Of a stretch of DNA of 64,000 nucleotides, positions 1 to 9,502 are shown piece by piece. Numbering within the stretch: position 1 is the first letter of the stretch; every line of letters starts with the position of its first letter. The position numbers and the translations under genes are program-made. The notes beneath the pieces are model-generated. The model saw only the letters and a list, made by a program, of their open reading frames with translations, was not told the DNA's origin and ran no database searches. Source of the stretch: an uncultured Gammaproteobacteria bacterium (GTDB lineage Bacteria; Pseudomonadota; Gammaproteobacteria; UBA9214); the NCBI GenBank assembly GCA_963827755.1, contig CAWHCQ010000004.1:78513-142512 (forward strand). Reading direction: 5' to 3'.

Positions 1-377
1 AGCAGGGCGGTCATCTCGTCGTCTTCCATGGGTTCGGCAAACTTCATGCTGATTTCGTTGAAGCGATCGAGCAGGGTTTTTACCTCACCAAGCCCGTCTT
101 CAACATTGCCGCGTACATCCTTGCCGGGATCCAGCGCCGGTTCCTGGGGAAGGAAACCCACCTTGATGCCGGCCTGCGGCCTTGCTTCACCCTCGTATTC
201 GGTGTCTTCGCCGGCCATGATGCGCAGCAGGCTGGATTTGCCCGAACCGTTCAGGCCCAGTACGCCGATCTTGGCACCCGGAAAAAAAGACAGCGAGATG
301 TCTTCCAGGATTTTGCGCTTGGGTGGAACGACCTTGCCCACCTGGTTCATGGTGTAGACGTACTGCGCCATCGACAT
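1..377 (-). CDS. ettA: Energy-dependent translational throttle protein EttA (ABC-F ATPase), N-terminal part; gene runs off the left edge
   Basis: Reverse translation from the ATG at complement 375-377 gives MSMAQYVYTMNQVGKVVPPKRKILEDISLSFFPGAKIGVLGLNGSGKSSLLRIMAG..., the typical EttA N-terminus with Walker A GLNGSGKS. It is open-ended and so absent from the ORF track; the + ORF 28-357 is its shadow. Confidence 0.85.
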   Translation of the reverse strand, partial: MSMAQYVYTMNQVGKVVPPKRKILEDISLSFFPGAKIGVLGLNGSGKSSLLRIMAGEDTEYEGEARPQAGIKVGFLPQEPALDPGKDVRGNVEDGLGEVKTLLDRFNEISMKFAEPMEDDEMTAL

Positions 378-497
378 GTTTCCTTCAGGGCCGGAGACAG
401 ATGCGGCTTATTATAGACAGCGTGGTGCTGGTGGCAAACTGCTTTGTAGTGTACAGGCACTCATTGTATTGTTGTTGTCGAAGATGAGGCTGAAGGC

Positions 498-1451
498 ATG
501 AGGATAAAAAATTCTGCCTGCGTGTATGTCGGGGACGATCTGGCCCGTTACGGTTTTGGCCAGGGGCATCCCTTTGGTCCGGACCGCCTCGATGCCTTCT
601 GGAAACATGCGCAGGCCATCGGGCTCGACAAGCGGGTCACGCTGTGCACACCGGTGACGACGCAGCGCGAGACGATCGAGCGTTTTCATACGCATGAATA
701 TGTTGACCGGGTTATCCGCCAGTCTTCAAGCGGGGAGGGCTTTCTGGACTGCGGGGATACGCCGGCCTGTCCGGGTATTTACGAGGCGGCCTGTTTTGTC
801 GTCGGCAGCGTACTGGATGCCATCGAGCGCCTGGTCACGGGTGAGTTCCGCCATGCCTTTGTTCCCATCGCCGGTCTGCATCACGCCCGGCGTGACAGTG
901 CAGCCGGGTTTTGCGTGTTTAATGATTGCGGGGTTGCGATTGAAACCCTGCGTTCGGTGCATGACCTGCAGCGAATTGCCTATGTCGATATCGATGCGCA
1001 CCATGGTGATGGGGTGTTCTACAGTTTCGAGGATGACCCGCAACTGATTTTTGCAGACCTGCATGAGGATGGGCGGTTTCTTTATCCCGGTACCGGCAGG
1101 GAGAATGAGTGTGGCAAGGGTACGGCTGCAGGTACCAAGCTCAACATTCCCATGCCGCCCGATGCGGATGATGAACTATTTTTTCAGGCCTGGGAAAAGG
1201 CGGAGGCGTTTGTCGACCGGCAGCGGCCCGAGTTCATCCTGTTCCAGTGCGGGGCGGACAGCATCGCCGGTGACCCGATTACGCACCTGCGCTATTCCCC
1301 GGCTGCCCACCGGCATGCAGCGCAACGTCTGTGCCGGCTTGCAGACAGGCACTGTGACGGCCGCGTGCTGGCGATGGGCGGGGGTGGCTATAACCGCGCT
1401 AACCTGGCAATGGCCTGGACGGCCGTACTTGAGGTCCTCGTTGAGGCCTGA
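498..1451 (+). CDS. Histone deacetylase-family protein (AcuC/acetoin-utilisation-like deacetylase)
   Basis: 317-aa ORF with HDAC signatures GLHHARRDSAAGFCVFND and YVDIDAHHGDGV. Confidence 0.8.
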   Translation: MRIKNSACVYVGDDLARYGFGQGHPFGPDRLDAFWKHAQAIGLDKRVTLCTPVTTQRETIERFHTHEYVDRVIRQSSSGEGFLDCGDTPACPGIYEAACFVVGSVLDAIERLVTGEFRHAFVPIAGLHHARRDSAAGFCVFNDCGVAIETLRSVHDLQRIAYVDIDAHHGDGVFYSFEDDPQLIFADLHEDGRFLYPGTGRENECGKGTAAGTKLNIPMPPDADDELFFQAWEKAEAFVDRQRPEFILFQCGADSIAGDPITHLRYSPAAHRHAAQRLCRLADRHCDGRVLAMGGGGYNRANLAMAWTAVLEVLVEA

Positions 1452-1574
1452 GAGGTCGGCCGGGTGTATAAATGTGCCTTGATTGGTTCGCAAGCCCCTG
1501 TCGAATAGTCTATTATCTTGGGCTTCCGGAGATGCCGGATAACCCTACCCACATGAAGGAAGTTACCTAATTAT

Positions 1575-2834
1575 ATGTTTGCTAAAGATATGCAGATCGC
1601 AGGTTATGACGATGAGCTCTGGCAGGCCTTCCAGGGCGAGCGTCAACGCCAGGAAGATCACATTGAACTGATCGCCTCTGAAAACTATGCCAGTCCGCGG
1701 GTGCTGCAGGCGCAGGGGTCGGTGCTGACGAATAAATATGCCGAGGGTTATCCGGGCAAGCGCTATTACGGCGGTTGCGAATATGTGGATGTTGCCGAGC
1801 AGCTTGCCATTGATCGTGCCAGGGCGCTGTTCAAGGCGGACTATGCCAATGTGCAGCCACATTCCGGTTCGCAGGCCAACCAGGCCGTCTATTTTGCCCT
1901 GTTGCAGCCGGGCGACACCATTCTCGGTATGAGCCTGGATGCAGGCGGGCACCTGACGCATGGATCGAAGGTCAACTTCTCGGGCAAGCTGTTCAATGCC
2001 GTGCAGTATGGCCTGAACAACGAGACCGGTGAAATCGACTACGACGAGGTCGCCGCACTGGCGAAAGAACACCGGCCGAAAATGGTGATTGCCGGATTTT
2101 CCGCCTACTCGTTGCAGGTTGACTGGCAGCGCTTTCGCGAGATTGCCGACAGTGTCGGGGCGTACCTGCTGGTGGACATGGCACATGTGGCGGGCCTGAT
2201 TGCCGCGGAAATCTATCCAAGCCCGGTCAATATCGCGGACGTGACCACGACGACGACGCATAAAACCCTGCGCGGTCCGCGCGGTGGCCTGATCCTGGCG
2301 CGGTCCAATGAAGCGATTGAGAAAAAACTCAACTCGATGATTTTTCCCGGCATCCAGGGCGGCCCGTTGATGCACGTGATTGCGGCCAAGGCCGTGGCGC
2401 TGAAGGAGGCGATGGAGCCGGCCTTTCGGGAATACCAGCAGCAGGTTCTGCAAAATGCCCGTGCCATGGCCGAGGTCATGATGTCTCGCGGTTACAAGGT
2501 GATCTCCGGGAGAACGGATGATCACCTGTTCCTGGTCGACCTGATCGACAAGGGCTTGACCGGGAAACAGGCCGATGCCGCCCTCGGTGCCGCGCACATC
2601 ACGGTGAACAAGAATGCCGTGCCGAATGATCCGCAGTCGCCTTTCGTCACCAGCGGTATCCGCGTCGGCACGCCTGCGATTACCACGCGCGGTTTTAACG
2701 AGAGCGACGCGCGCGAACTGGCCGGCTGGATGTGCGACGTTATGGATGACATCGAGAACCAGGATGTCATAGCGGCTGTGCGCGGCAAGGTGATCGAGGT
2801 GTGCAAGCGCCTCCCCGTGTACGGCAAGGCCTGA
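1575..2834 (+). CDS. glyA: Serine hydroxymethyltransferase
   Basis: 419-aa ORF. N-terminus [16 protein letters not shown]...ELIASENY and PLP-lysine motif [14 protein letters not shown]. Confidence 0.95.
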   Translation: MFAKDMQIAGYDDELWQAFQGERQRQEDHIELIASENYASPRVLQAQGSVLTNKYAEGYPGKRYYGGCEYVDVAEQLAIDRARALFKADYANVQPHSGSQANQAVYFALLQPGDTILGMSLDAGGHLTHGSKVNFSGKLFNAVQYGLNNETGEIDYDEVAALAKEHRPKMVIAGFSAYSLQVDWQRFREIADSVGAYLLVDMAHVAGLIAAEIYPSPVNIADVTTTTTHKTLRGPRGGLILARSNEAIEKKLNSMIFPGIQGGPLMHVIAAKAVALKEAMEPAFREYQQQVLQNARAMAEVMMSRGYKVISGRTDDHLFLVDLIDKGLTGKQADAALGAAHITVNKNAVPNDPQSPFVTSGIRVGTPAITTRGFNESDARELAGWMCDVMDDIENQDVIAAVRGKVIEVCKRLPVYGKA

Positions 2835-2848
2835 CAGGGTATTCGACG

Positions 2849-3364
2849 ATGCATTGTCCTTTTTGCGGTAAGCAGGATACCAAGGTTATCGACTCGCGAC
2901 TTGCCAGCGAGGGTGCGCAGGTGAGGCGTCGACGTGAATGTCTTGACTGCAATGAGCGCTTTACGACCTTTGAATCAGCCGAGCTGGTGTTGCCGCGTAT
3001 TATCAAAGGCAATAACGCGCGCGAGGCCTTTGATGAAAAGAAGCTGACAGCCGGGATGATGCGTGCGCTGGAAAAGCGCCCGGTCAAGTCGGAGAATGTG
3101 GATGCCGCGATCAATCGCCTGCAGCATCGCCTGCGTGCCAGTGGTGAGCGCGAGATCCCGGCACGCCTGCTGGGTGAGTGGGTGATGAATGAATTGCGCG
3201 AGCTGGACAAGGTCGCTTATGTAAGGTTTGCATCGGTGTACCGCAGTTTCGAGGATGTCAATGCCTTCCGCGAGGAAATAGAACGACTCGAAAGCCAGCC
3301 CACGCAGGAAGACAGGAAGGACCAGATTTCGTTGCTGCCGGATGAACAGGATACGCGTAACTAG
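2849..3364 (+). CDS. nrdR: Transcriptional repressor NrdR
   Basis: Internal ATG at 2849 gives [17 protein letters not shown]...[17 protein letters not shown] (zinc ribbon) followed by an ATP-cone. The ORF-track start at 2801 would overlap glyA. Confidence 0.95.
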   Translation: MHCPFCGKQDTKVIDSRLASEGAQVRRRRECLDCNERFTTFESAELVLPRIIKGNNAREAFDEKKLTAGMMRALEKRPVKSENVDAAINRLQHRLRASGEREIPARLLGEWVMNELRELDKVAYVRFASVYRSFEDVNAFREEIERLESQPTQEDRKDQISLLPDEQDTRN

Positions 3365-3432
3365 TTTTTCTCAATCACGCCTGCCCGCAGTCAGGGCGGC
3401 TTTCCTGGACTCATCGCTCGAGGTTCCTGTCC

Positions 3433-4541
3433 GTGTTTTCTGCAGATGATCACCATTACATGGCGCGCGCCCTGCGCCTGGCTGAGCGCGGGCTGTTTAC
3501 GACAGATCCCGAACCCGCGCGTTGGCTGTGTGCTGGTGCGTGCCGGTGAGGTGGTCGGCGAAGGCTGGCATGAGCGCGCCGGTGAGGCACATGCCGAGAT
3601 CAATGCCTTGCAGGCGGCCGGTGACAGGGCTGCCGGGGCTACCGCCTATGTCACCCTGGAGCCCTGCTGCCACCATGGGCGCACACCGCCCTGTACGGAC
3701 GCCCTGATCGGGGCGGGCGTGGCGCGTGTCGTGGTGGCGATGGAAGACCCGAATCCGCGAGTGGCCGGCATGGGCTTGCAGGCATTGCAGCAGGCCGGCA
3801 TCGAGACGGCGACCGGTGTGCTGGCGGCGGAGGCCGCCAGGCTGAACCCCGGTTTTGTGATGCGCATGCAGCAGGGGCGGCCCTGGGTGCGCTGCAAGCT
3901 GGCGATGAGCCTCGATGGCCGTACCGCCATGGCAAATGGCGAGAGCAAATGGATCAGCGGTGAACAGGCGCGCCTGGATGTACATAAATTACGGGCGCGC
4001 AGTACGGCGATCATGACAGGTATTGATACCGTGCTGGCTGATGATCCGTCACTCACCGTGCGCCTGGATGAAGCAGCGGCTGTATACAGGAACCCGCTGC
4101 GGGTTGTGCTGGATTCCAGATTGCGTATGCCGGCGGCTGCGAAACTGCTCGGATTGCCGGGCGAGACGCTGATCATTACCGGTGTTGCAGACGCGCAGAA
4201 AAAGTCCCGGCTGGAACGGGACGGCGTTTCCGTGCAAGACACTGCCGCTGGAGCAGGGGCGCCTGCAGCTGGCTGCTGTGCTGCACTATCTCGGCGGGAT
4301 GCAGATTAACGAAGTGCACCTGGAAGCCGGGGCGACCCTGTGCGGCGCGTTACTGCAGGCGGGGCTGGTCGATGAACTGGTTGTCTACATGGCGCCGCAG
4401 TTGATGGGCGATGCCGCCCGCGGCCTGTTTGTGCTGCCGGGACTGGAGCATATGCAGCAGCGCATCCGGCTGTCGATCAGCGATATCCGCGCGATTGGTG
4501 ATGACTGGCGGATCAGTGCAACGGTTGCGGCGAATGCCTGA
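3433..4541 (+). CDS. ribD: Riboflavin biosynthesis protein RibD (deaminase/reductase), reading frame broken twice in this assembly
   Basis: Three frames join into one RibD. Frame 1 from GTG 3433: FSADDHHYMARALRLAERGLFTTDP. Frame 2: NPRVGCVLV...HAEINAL...TLEPCCHHGRTPPC (deaminase zinc site). Frame 3: LQLAAVLHYLGGMQINEVHLEAG...VDELVVYMAP (reductase). Apparent 1-nt insertions lie near 3505 (CCC run) and around 4235-4245. Confidence 0.85.
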
Positions 4542-4628
4542 TCCGGCATACAGCGCAGATGACGAATCACTCGTCAGAATACAAGAGAATTCCTTCTCCC
4601 TCCGGGAGAAAGGGTTAACCGGGTAGTA

Positions 4629-5306
4629 ATGAAGATGTTCACAGGAATCATACAGGCTGTCGGCAGTATCACCGTTCTGGAAAACCGGGGCGGTGATATG
4701 CGTATTGGTATCCATACCGGCAGTTTGCCGATGGATGATGTGTGCATCGGCGACAGCATTGCCGTGAGTGGTGTCTGCCTGACGGTAGTGGAAAAGGGCG
4801 CCAACGGTTTTGCTGCGGACGTTTCGGGTGAAACGCTGCAGCGCACCATGCTCGGCAGCCTCGCTGTGCAGGATGCCGTGAACCTGGAAAAGGCACTGAC
4901 GCTGCAGACGCGTCTCGGTGGTCACCTGGTGAGTGGTCATGTGGACGGGATCGGGGTGGTCACTGCCCGGCGCGAAGACAGCCGTTCGGTGCAGTTCACC
5001 ATCAAGGCACCCGATGAGCTGGCGCGTTATATCGCCACCAAGGGGTCGATCTGCGTCGACGGGGTCAGCCTGACAGTGAATGCCGTGGATGGCGGCAAAT
5101 TTGAACTGAATATCGTGCCGCATACACTGGATGCCACCACGATGAAGGCCTACCGTTCCGGCCGCAAGGTCAACCTCGAAGTCGACCTGGTCGCGCGTTA
5201 TCTGGAGCGCCTGCTGCTTGGTGATGCGGCGGCACAACCCGGCCCGGGAGAGGCAATAACCCGCGAACGGCTGGAATCATACGGATTTCCTGCCAGGCGC
5301 AAGTAA
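4629..5306 (+). CDS. ribE: Riboflavin synthase (alpha chain)
   Basis: 225-aa ORF, (MK)MFTGIIQAVGSI..., with two lumazine-binding repeats. The start could be the ATG at 4635. Confidence 0.9.
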   Translation: MKMFTGIIQAVGSITVLENRGGDMRIGIHTGSLPMDDVCIGDSIAVSGVCLTVVEKGANGFAADVSGETLQRTMLGSLAVQDAVNLEKALTLQTRLGGHLVSGHVDGIGVVTARREDSRSVQFTIKAPDELARYIATKGSICVDGVSLTVNAVDGGKFELNIVPHTLDATTMKAYRSGRKVNLEVDLVARYLERLLLGDAAAQPGPGEAITRERLESYGFPARRK

Positions 5307-5399
5307 TACGTGCCGGATGAACTTCTTTCCGTGAAGCCGCTTGCGCAATCGTGGATAATGCGGGAACGAAAACAAACCCTGCAGGAATAGTTGCTTGTT

Positions 5400-6509
5400 A
5401 TGGTGTTGAATACGATTGAAGAAATCATCGAGGATATCCGTGCGGGCCGCATGGTTATTCTCATGGATGATGAAGACCGCGAGAACGAGGGCGACCTGGT
5501 GATGGCGGCCGGGCACGTGCGTCCTGAAGATATCAATTTTATGGCAAGCCATGGTCGCGGCCTGATCTGCATGACCCTGACACGCGAGCGCTGCGAGCAA
5601 CTGGCGCTGCCGTTAATGGTGCAATCCGGCGACTCCCTGCATTCAACCAATTTCACCGTGTCGATCGAGGCCGCAGAGGGGGTGACAACCGGGATCTCGG
5701 CGCAGGACCGGGCGCAGACAATTCTGGCTGCGGCGGCAAAGAATGCGCGGCCGCAGGATATTGTCCAGCCCGGCCATATATTCCCCCTGATGGCGAAACC
5801 CGGCGGCGTGCTCACCCGGGCCGGGCATACCGAGGCAGGTTGTGACCTGGCACGCCTTGCCGGGCTCGAGCCGGCTGCCGTCATTGTCGAGATCCTGAAG
5901 GAGGATGGCAGTATGGCGCGGCGCCCGGATCTCGAGATCTACGCGCGTGAGCATGGCCTGAAAATCGGCACCATCGAGGACCTGATACGCTACCGTATCG
6001 AGAACGAGAAGACGGTGGAACGCGTCGCCGAGAATGACGTGGCCACGGAGCATGGGACGTTCAGGGTCTATGCCTACCGCGATGCCTTTGGTGACGCGGT
6101 GCACCTGGCCATGGTCATGGGCGAGATCAGTCCGAATGAGCCGACACTGGTGCGTGTCCATATGCAGGATATGCTCAGCGACCTGGTGGATGCCAGGACC
6201 GAGGGCCATCACTTGCCGTTACGCAGGGCGCTGCAAAAGGTTGCGCAGGAAGGCAAGGGCGTCGTGGTGATCCTGCGCCAGCAGGAATCGGCCAATACGC
6301 TGGTCAACCTGGTGAGGACGTATCATATGCCGGAGGTAACGCAAGCGCCGGCAGAGGCCGGGGTGGACGAGTTGCGTACCTACGGCATCGGTGCGCAGAT
6401 TATTGCAGATGTCGGCGTGCAAAAGATGCGCGTGATGAGCGCGCCCAAGATTGTTCATGGCATCGCCGGGTTTGGCCTGGAAGTCGTCGGCTATGAAGCG
6501 TGCGACTGA
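5400..6509 (+). CDS. ribB: 3,4-dihydroxy-2-butanone-4-phosphate synthase with a GTP-cyclohydrolase-II-like C-terminal domain
   Basis: MVLNTIEEIIEDIRAGRMVILMDDEDRENEGDL is a DHBP-synthase N-terminus. The C-terminal half aligns to GCH II, but the region VRVHMQDMLSDLVDART lacks the Cys zinc motif, so it is probably not an active RibA. The first ATG is at 5400. Confidence 0.85.
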   Translation: MVLNTIEEIIEDIRAGRMVILMDDEDRENEGDLVMAAGHVRPEDINFMASHGRGLICMTLTRERCEQLALPLMVQSGDSLHSTNFTVSIEAAEGVTTGISAQDRAQTILAAAAKNARPQDIVQPGHIFPLMAKPGGVLTRAGHTEAGCDLARLAGLEPAAVIVEILKEDGSMARRPDLEIYAREHGLKIGTIEDLIRYRIENEKTVERVAENDVATEHGTFRVYAYRDAFGDAVHLAMVMGEISPNEPTLVRVHMQDMLSDLVDARTEGHHLPLRRALQKVAQEGKGVVVILRQQESANTLVNLVRTYHMPEVTQAPAEAGVDELRTYGIGAQIIADVGVQKMRVMSAPKIVHGIAGFGLEVVGYEACD

Positions 6510-6553
6510 TTCGGCCGGCAAAGATTATTTAAAAAATATTTCGGGAAATAATT

Positions 6554-7030
6554 ATGAGTGACATTACGGTAAATGAAGGTGACCTGGTTGTACGCAGCGC
6601 CAGGATAGCGTTGCTGGTTTCACGGTTTAACAGTTTTGTGGTGGAGAGTCTGCTCGAAGGAGCCATCGATGCCCTGAAGCGGCACGGTGCAGACGAGCGC
6701 GACTTGCAGATTGTCCGTGTTCCGGGTGCCTACGAGATGCCGATTGCCGCTCAGCGGCTGGCGGCCGGCAAGCGCTTCGATGCCATTATTGCACTGGGTG
6801 CTGTCATTCGAGGCGGTACACCGCACTTTGAATACGTCGCCGGTGAATGCACCAAGGGACTTTCATCGGTTTCACTGAAGTACGACATCCCCATCGCCTT
6901 CGGCGTGTTGACCGTCGACACCATCGAGCAGGCGATCGAACGGGCCGGCACCAAGGCCGGAAACAAGGGTGCCGAGGCCGCCATGTCGGCCATTGAAATG
7001 ATCAACCTGCTGCGTGGCCTGGAAGGCTGA
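6554..7030 (+). CDS. ribH: 6,7-dimethyl-8-ribityllumazine synthase
   Basis: 158-aa [23 protein letters not shown]...[10 protein letters not shown]...[14 protein letters not shown] is typical RibH. Confidence 0.95.
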   Translation: MSDITVNEGDLVVRSARIALLVSRFNSFVVESLLEGAIDALKRHGADERDLQIVRVPGAYEMPIAAQRLAAGKRFDAIIALGAVIRGGTPHFEYVAGECTKGLSSVSLKYDIPIAFGVLTVDTIEQAIERAGTKAGNKGAEAAMSAIEMINLLRGLEG

Positions 7031-7049
7031 TCAGCATGTCTTTCATGTC

Positions 7050-7505
7050 ATGAAGTTCTCTGCACATGAGCGTAGCCGCGCACGCCGTTATGCCATGCAG
7101 GCCCTCTACCAGTGGGACCTGTCGGGCACCGATCTGCCCGAGATCCGCAAGCAGTTTCTGGAGGCCGAGGACTTCACCCGCGCCGACCGGAGCTACTTCA
7201 ATGGCTTGTTGAGAGATATACCGAAACATATTGTAAAGATTGATAAAAATATCTCTGAAAATATCGATCGTCCGATCGAGCAGCTGGACCCGGTGGAGCG
7301 CGCCATCCTGCGTATCGCGGTCTGCGAGTTATTGCTCCGCGCCGAGATTCCCTACCGGGTGAGCATCAATGAGGCGGTCAACCTGGCGAAGAAATTCGGC
7401 GCCGAGCAGGGGCACACCTTCGTGAACGGGGTGCTTGACCAGGCGGCGCATACGATTCGCCCGGCTGAATGCGCCGGCTCGCATGAGAATGCCGCCGGTC
7501 GCTGA
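7050..7505 (+). CDS. nusB: Transcription antitermination factor NusB
   Basis: Internal ATG at 7050 gives MKFSAHERSRARRYAMQALYQWDLSG...INEAVNLAKKFG. Position after ribH is the conserved synteny. Confidence 0.9.
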   Translation: MKFSAHERSRARRYAMQALYQWDLSGTDLPEIRKQFLEAEDFTRADRSYFNGLLRDIPKHIVKIDKNISENIDRPIEQLDPVERAILRIAVCELLLRAEIPYRVSINEAVNLAKKFGAEQGHTFVNGVLDQAAHTIRPAECAGSHENAAGR

Positions 7506-7512
7506 ATCGGCC

Positions 7513-8480
7513 ATGTCCGAATCCGAGTTCGAAATCATCCGCCGTTATTTCATGCGGCAATCATTAAAACGCGACGATGTGCTTACCGCTATCGGCGATG
7601 ATGCAGCCGTGTTGCGGGTGCCGGCCGGACAGGAGCTGGTTGTCTGTATGGATACGCTGGTTGCCGGGGTGCACTTTCCCTGCGAAACAGCAGCTGCTGC
7701 CATTGGTCATAAATCACTGGCGGTCAATCTCAGTGACCTCGCGGCCATGGGGGCAACCCCCGCCTGGGCCACCTTGTCACTGACGATGCCCGAAAATGAT
7801 TCCACCTGGATCGATGAATTCAGCCGCGCATTCCTGGCGCTTGCCGATCGTTACAGCGTGCAGCTGGTGGGCGGTGATACAACGCGCGGACCGCTCTCGG
7901 TGACGGTGCAGGCGCACGGTCTTGTTTCACGAGGCGATGCATTGATGCGCAATGGCGCAGCGCCGGGTGACAGGATTTATGTAACGGGGACTTTGGGTGA
8001 TGCAGGACTGGCCTTGCAGTTGCAGGGAGATGCCCCGGCTGATTTGCAGAAGAAACTGGATTACCCGGAACCGCGTATTGAGGCAGGGCAGCTGCTTGCC
8101 GGGCTTGCCAGTGCAGCGATTGATATTTCCGACGGCCTGCTGGCCGACCTGGGTCACTTGCTGGAAGGCGGCTGATGCGGGTGCGTCCCTGCAGGTCGAT
8201 AGCCTGCCGCGCTCGAATGAATTTATTTCAAGCCTGCAGCAAGTCGGTGTCACAACAGCCGTCCCGCTATTATGAATTACCCCTGTCAGCCGGGGATGAC
8301 TACGAACTGTGTTTTACCGTCCCGGAGCGGCACTGCGCCAGGGTCGAACAGCAATTATCGGCACTGCCTTGCGGCTGTACGCAAATCGGCATCATCGAGG
8401 AACAGGCAGGAATCCGCTGTTATCTGGAGGACGGCACGCGCTACCAGCCTGTTGCCGCGGGATACCGGCACTTTGAATGA
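7513..8480 (+). CDS. thiL: Thiamine-monophosphate kinase ThiL, reading frame broken twice in this assembly
   Basis: MSESEFEIIRRYF...GDDAAVL...AIDISDGLLADLGHLLE in frame 1, ADAGASLQVDSLP... in frame 2, and YYELPLSAGDDYELCFTVP...GYRHFE in frame 3. Shifts lie near 8165 and about 8255. Confidence 0.85.
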
Positions 8481-8487
8481 GACCGAG

Positions 8488-8967
8488 ATGACGCCGAGGA
8501 TAAATCCGCGGCTGTTGCTGCACCCCGTGGACTGCCTGGCGCTGGGATTTGGCAGCGGGCTGGTGCCGCGTGCCCCGGGGACCGCGGGGACGCTGGTTGC
8601 GATCCCGCTGTACCTGCTGCTGCAGACGCCTTTCGCTGAATCTCTATCTGCCGCTGGTCATCGGGCTGTTCCTGCTCGGAATCCCGATTTGCGCCCACAC
8701 CGCACGGCGTCTCGGTGTGCATGATCATCCCGGGATTGTCTGGGACGAAATTGTCGGTTACCTGGTGACCATGACCCTTGCACCCGCCGGGTTGGGTCTG
8801 GGTTGCCGCGGGATTTGTCCTGTTCAGGCTGTTCGATGTTATCAAACCCTGGCCGATCAGCTGGTGTGACCGGCGGGTACACGGTGGCTTCGGGATTATG
8901 CTGGATGATTTGCTGGCGGGTGTGATGGCGGCAGCAGTATTGCAATTGGTTGTTGTTTTATTTGTAG
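8488..8967 (+). CDS. pgpA: Phosphatidylglycerophosphatase A, reading frame broken two or three times in this assembly
   Basis: MTPRINPRLLLHPVDCLALGFGSGLVPRAPGTAGTLVAIPLYLLLQ, then LSLNLYLPLVIGLFLLGIPICAH...GIVWDEIVGYLVTM, then WVWVAAGFVLFRLFDVIKPWPISW...GIMLDDLLAGVMAA, in three successive frames (shifts about 8620 and 8790). The end is uncertain. TAG 8965-8967, one more +1 frame over, would give a normal length of about 158 aa; the open frame otherwise reads on into the repeat to 9146. Confidence 0.7.
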
Positions 8968-8989
8968 GGGCGCCTTGCAGGCGCGATTA

Positions 8990-9291
8990 TTATTTGATGC
9001 GGGCTTTCGCTGGTCGCTCCCGGCATCCATGCCTCCCGCGACACTTGTACATCCATGTACATCGCGCACGGCGAGATACTTTTCTTTGCTCCGCCAAAGA
9101 AAAGTATCCAAAAGAAAGGCGGCCCGAAGGCTTGCCCGCTACTTGATCTACAAGCCCGCTTCGCAGGCTTGCCCATGCGCTTCTCGCGAAAACCGGCGCA
9201 TGCGCAACTCGCAATCTCGCTGCGCTCGAAAGCTCAGACAGGGCGCATGCTTCATCCGGTTTTCACTGCGATGCTCGGCTGCGCCTACGGG
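8990..9291 (+). repeat. Structured approx. 254-nt repeat, copy A (carries an extra 48-nt insert at 9018-9065)
   Basis: Hand alignment with the reverse complement of 20325-20578 gives 250/254 identical positions outside the insert. It contains a 14-bp perfect stem GATACTTTTCTTTG/CAAAGAAAAGTATC (9075-9108), the palindrome GCGCATGCGC and other paired segments. There is no credible coding frame. Confidence 0.8.
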
Positions 9292-9502
9292 AGTAGTTTA
9301 AAACCGTGGAATGTCCCGAATTGCTCGTATTCCGGTCGTTTAGCCTCTGCTTATATAATCAATGACTTAAAGGCGGGAGACGACCCAAAGACGACGTTTA
9401 GCGCTTGGTAATATAGATATTGCGGGCGTATATTGAAGTTTCCAGTTAAATAAATAAACAAGACTGGCAACAACTAATAATAGGTTTGCTGGAGAAATCA
9501 CT

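Noticed and set aside
1563-2597. 344-aa ORF antisense to glyA. Similar long antisense ORFs lie opposite ribE (4350-5237), DUF1015 (33444-34742), the Mce genes (44593-45786), the RND pump (53204-54307 and 54842-56173) and the SDR (62333-63334).
   Set aside because: Each lies entirely opposite a gene with strong, recognisable conservation, and the translations are Arg/Gly/Pro/His-rich low-complexity strings with no motifs. These are typical shadow ORFs of GC-rich DNA.
5307-5399. FMN (RFN) riboswitch upstream of ribB or ribE, and glycine/THF riboswitches upstream of glyA (1452-1574).
   Set aside because: The intergenic regions are short (about 90-120 nt). I could not find the conserved RFN core segments or the tandem glycine aptamer pattern by eye. 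A covariance-model scan would be needed to be certain.
8975-9301. ORFs of 70-120 aa running through the 254-nt repeat on both strands (8975-9301, 8958-9176, 8990-9214, 9055-9411; also 20440-21138 and the tail of 20288-20824), which produce nearly identical peptides at the two loci.
   Set aside because: The identity follows from the DNA repeat itself. ORFs exist in several frames and both orientations, there is no start context or domain, and the sequence is dominated by hairpins. I treat it as non-coding.
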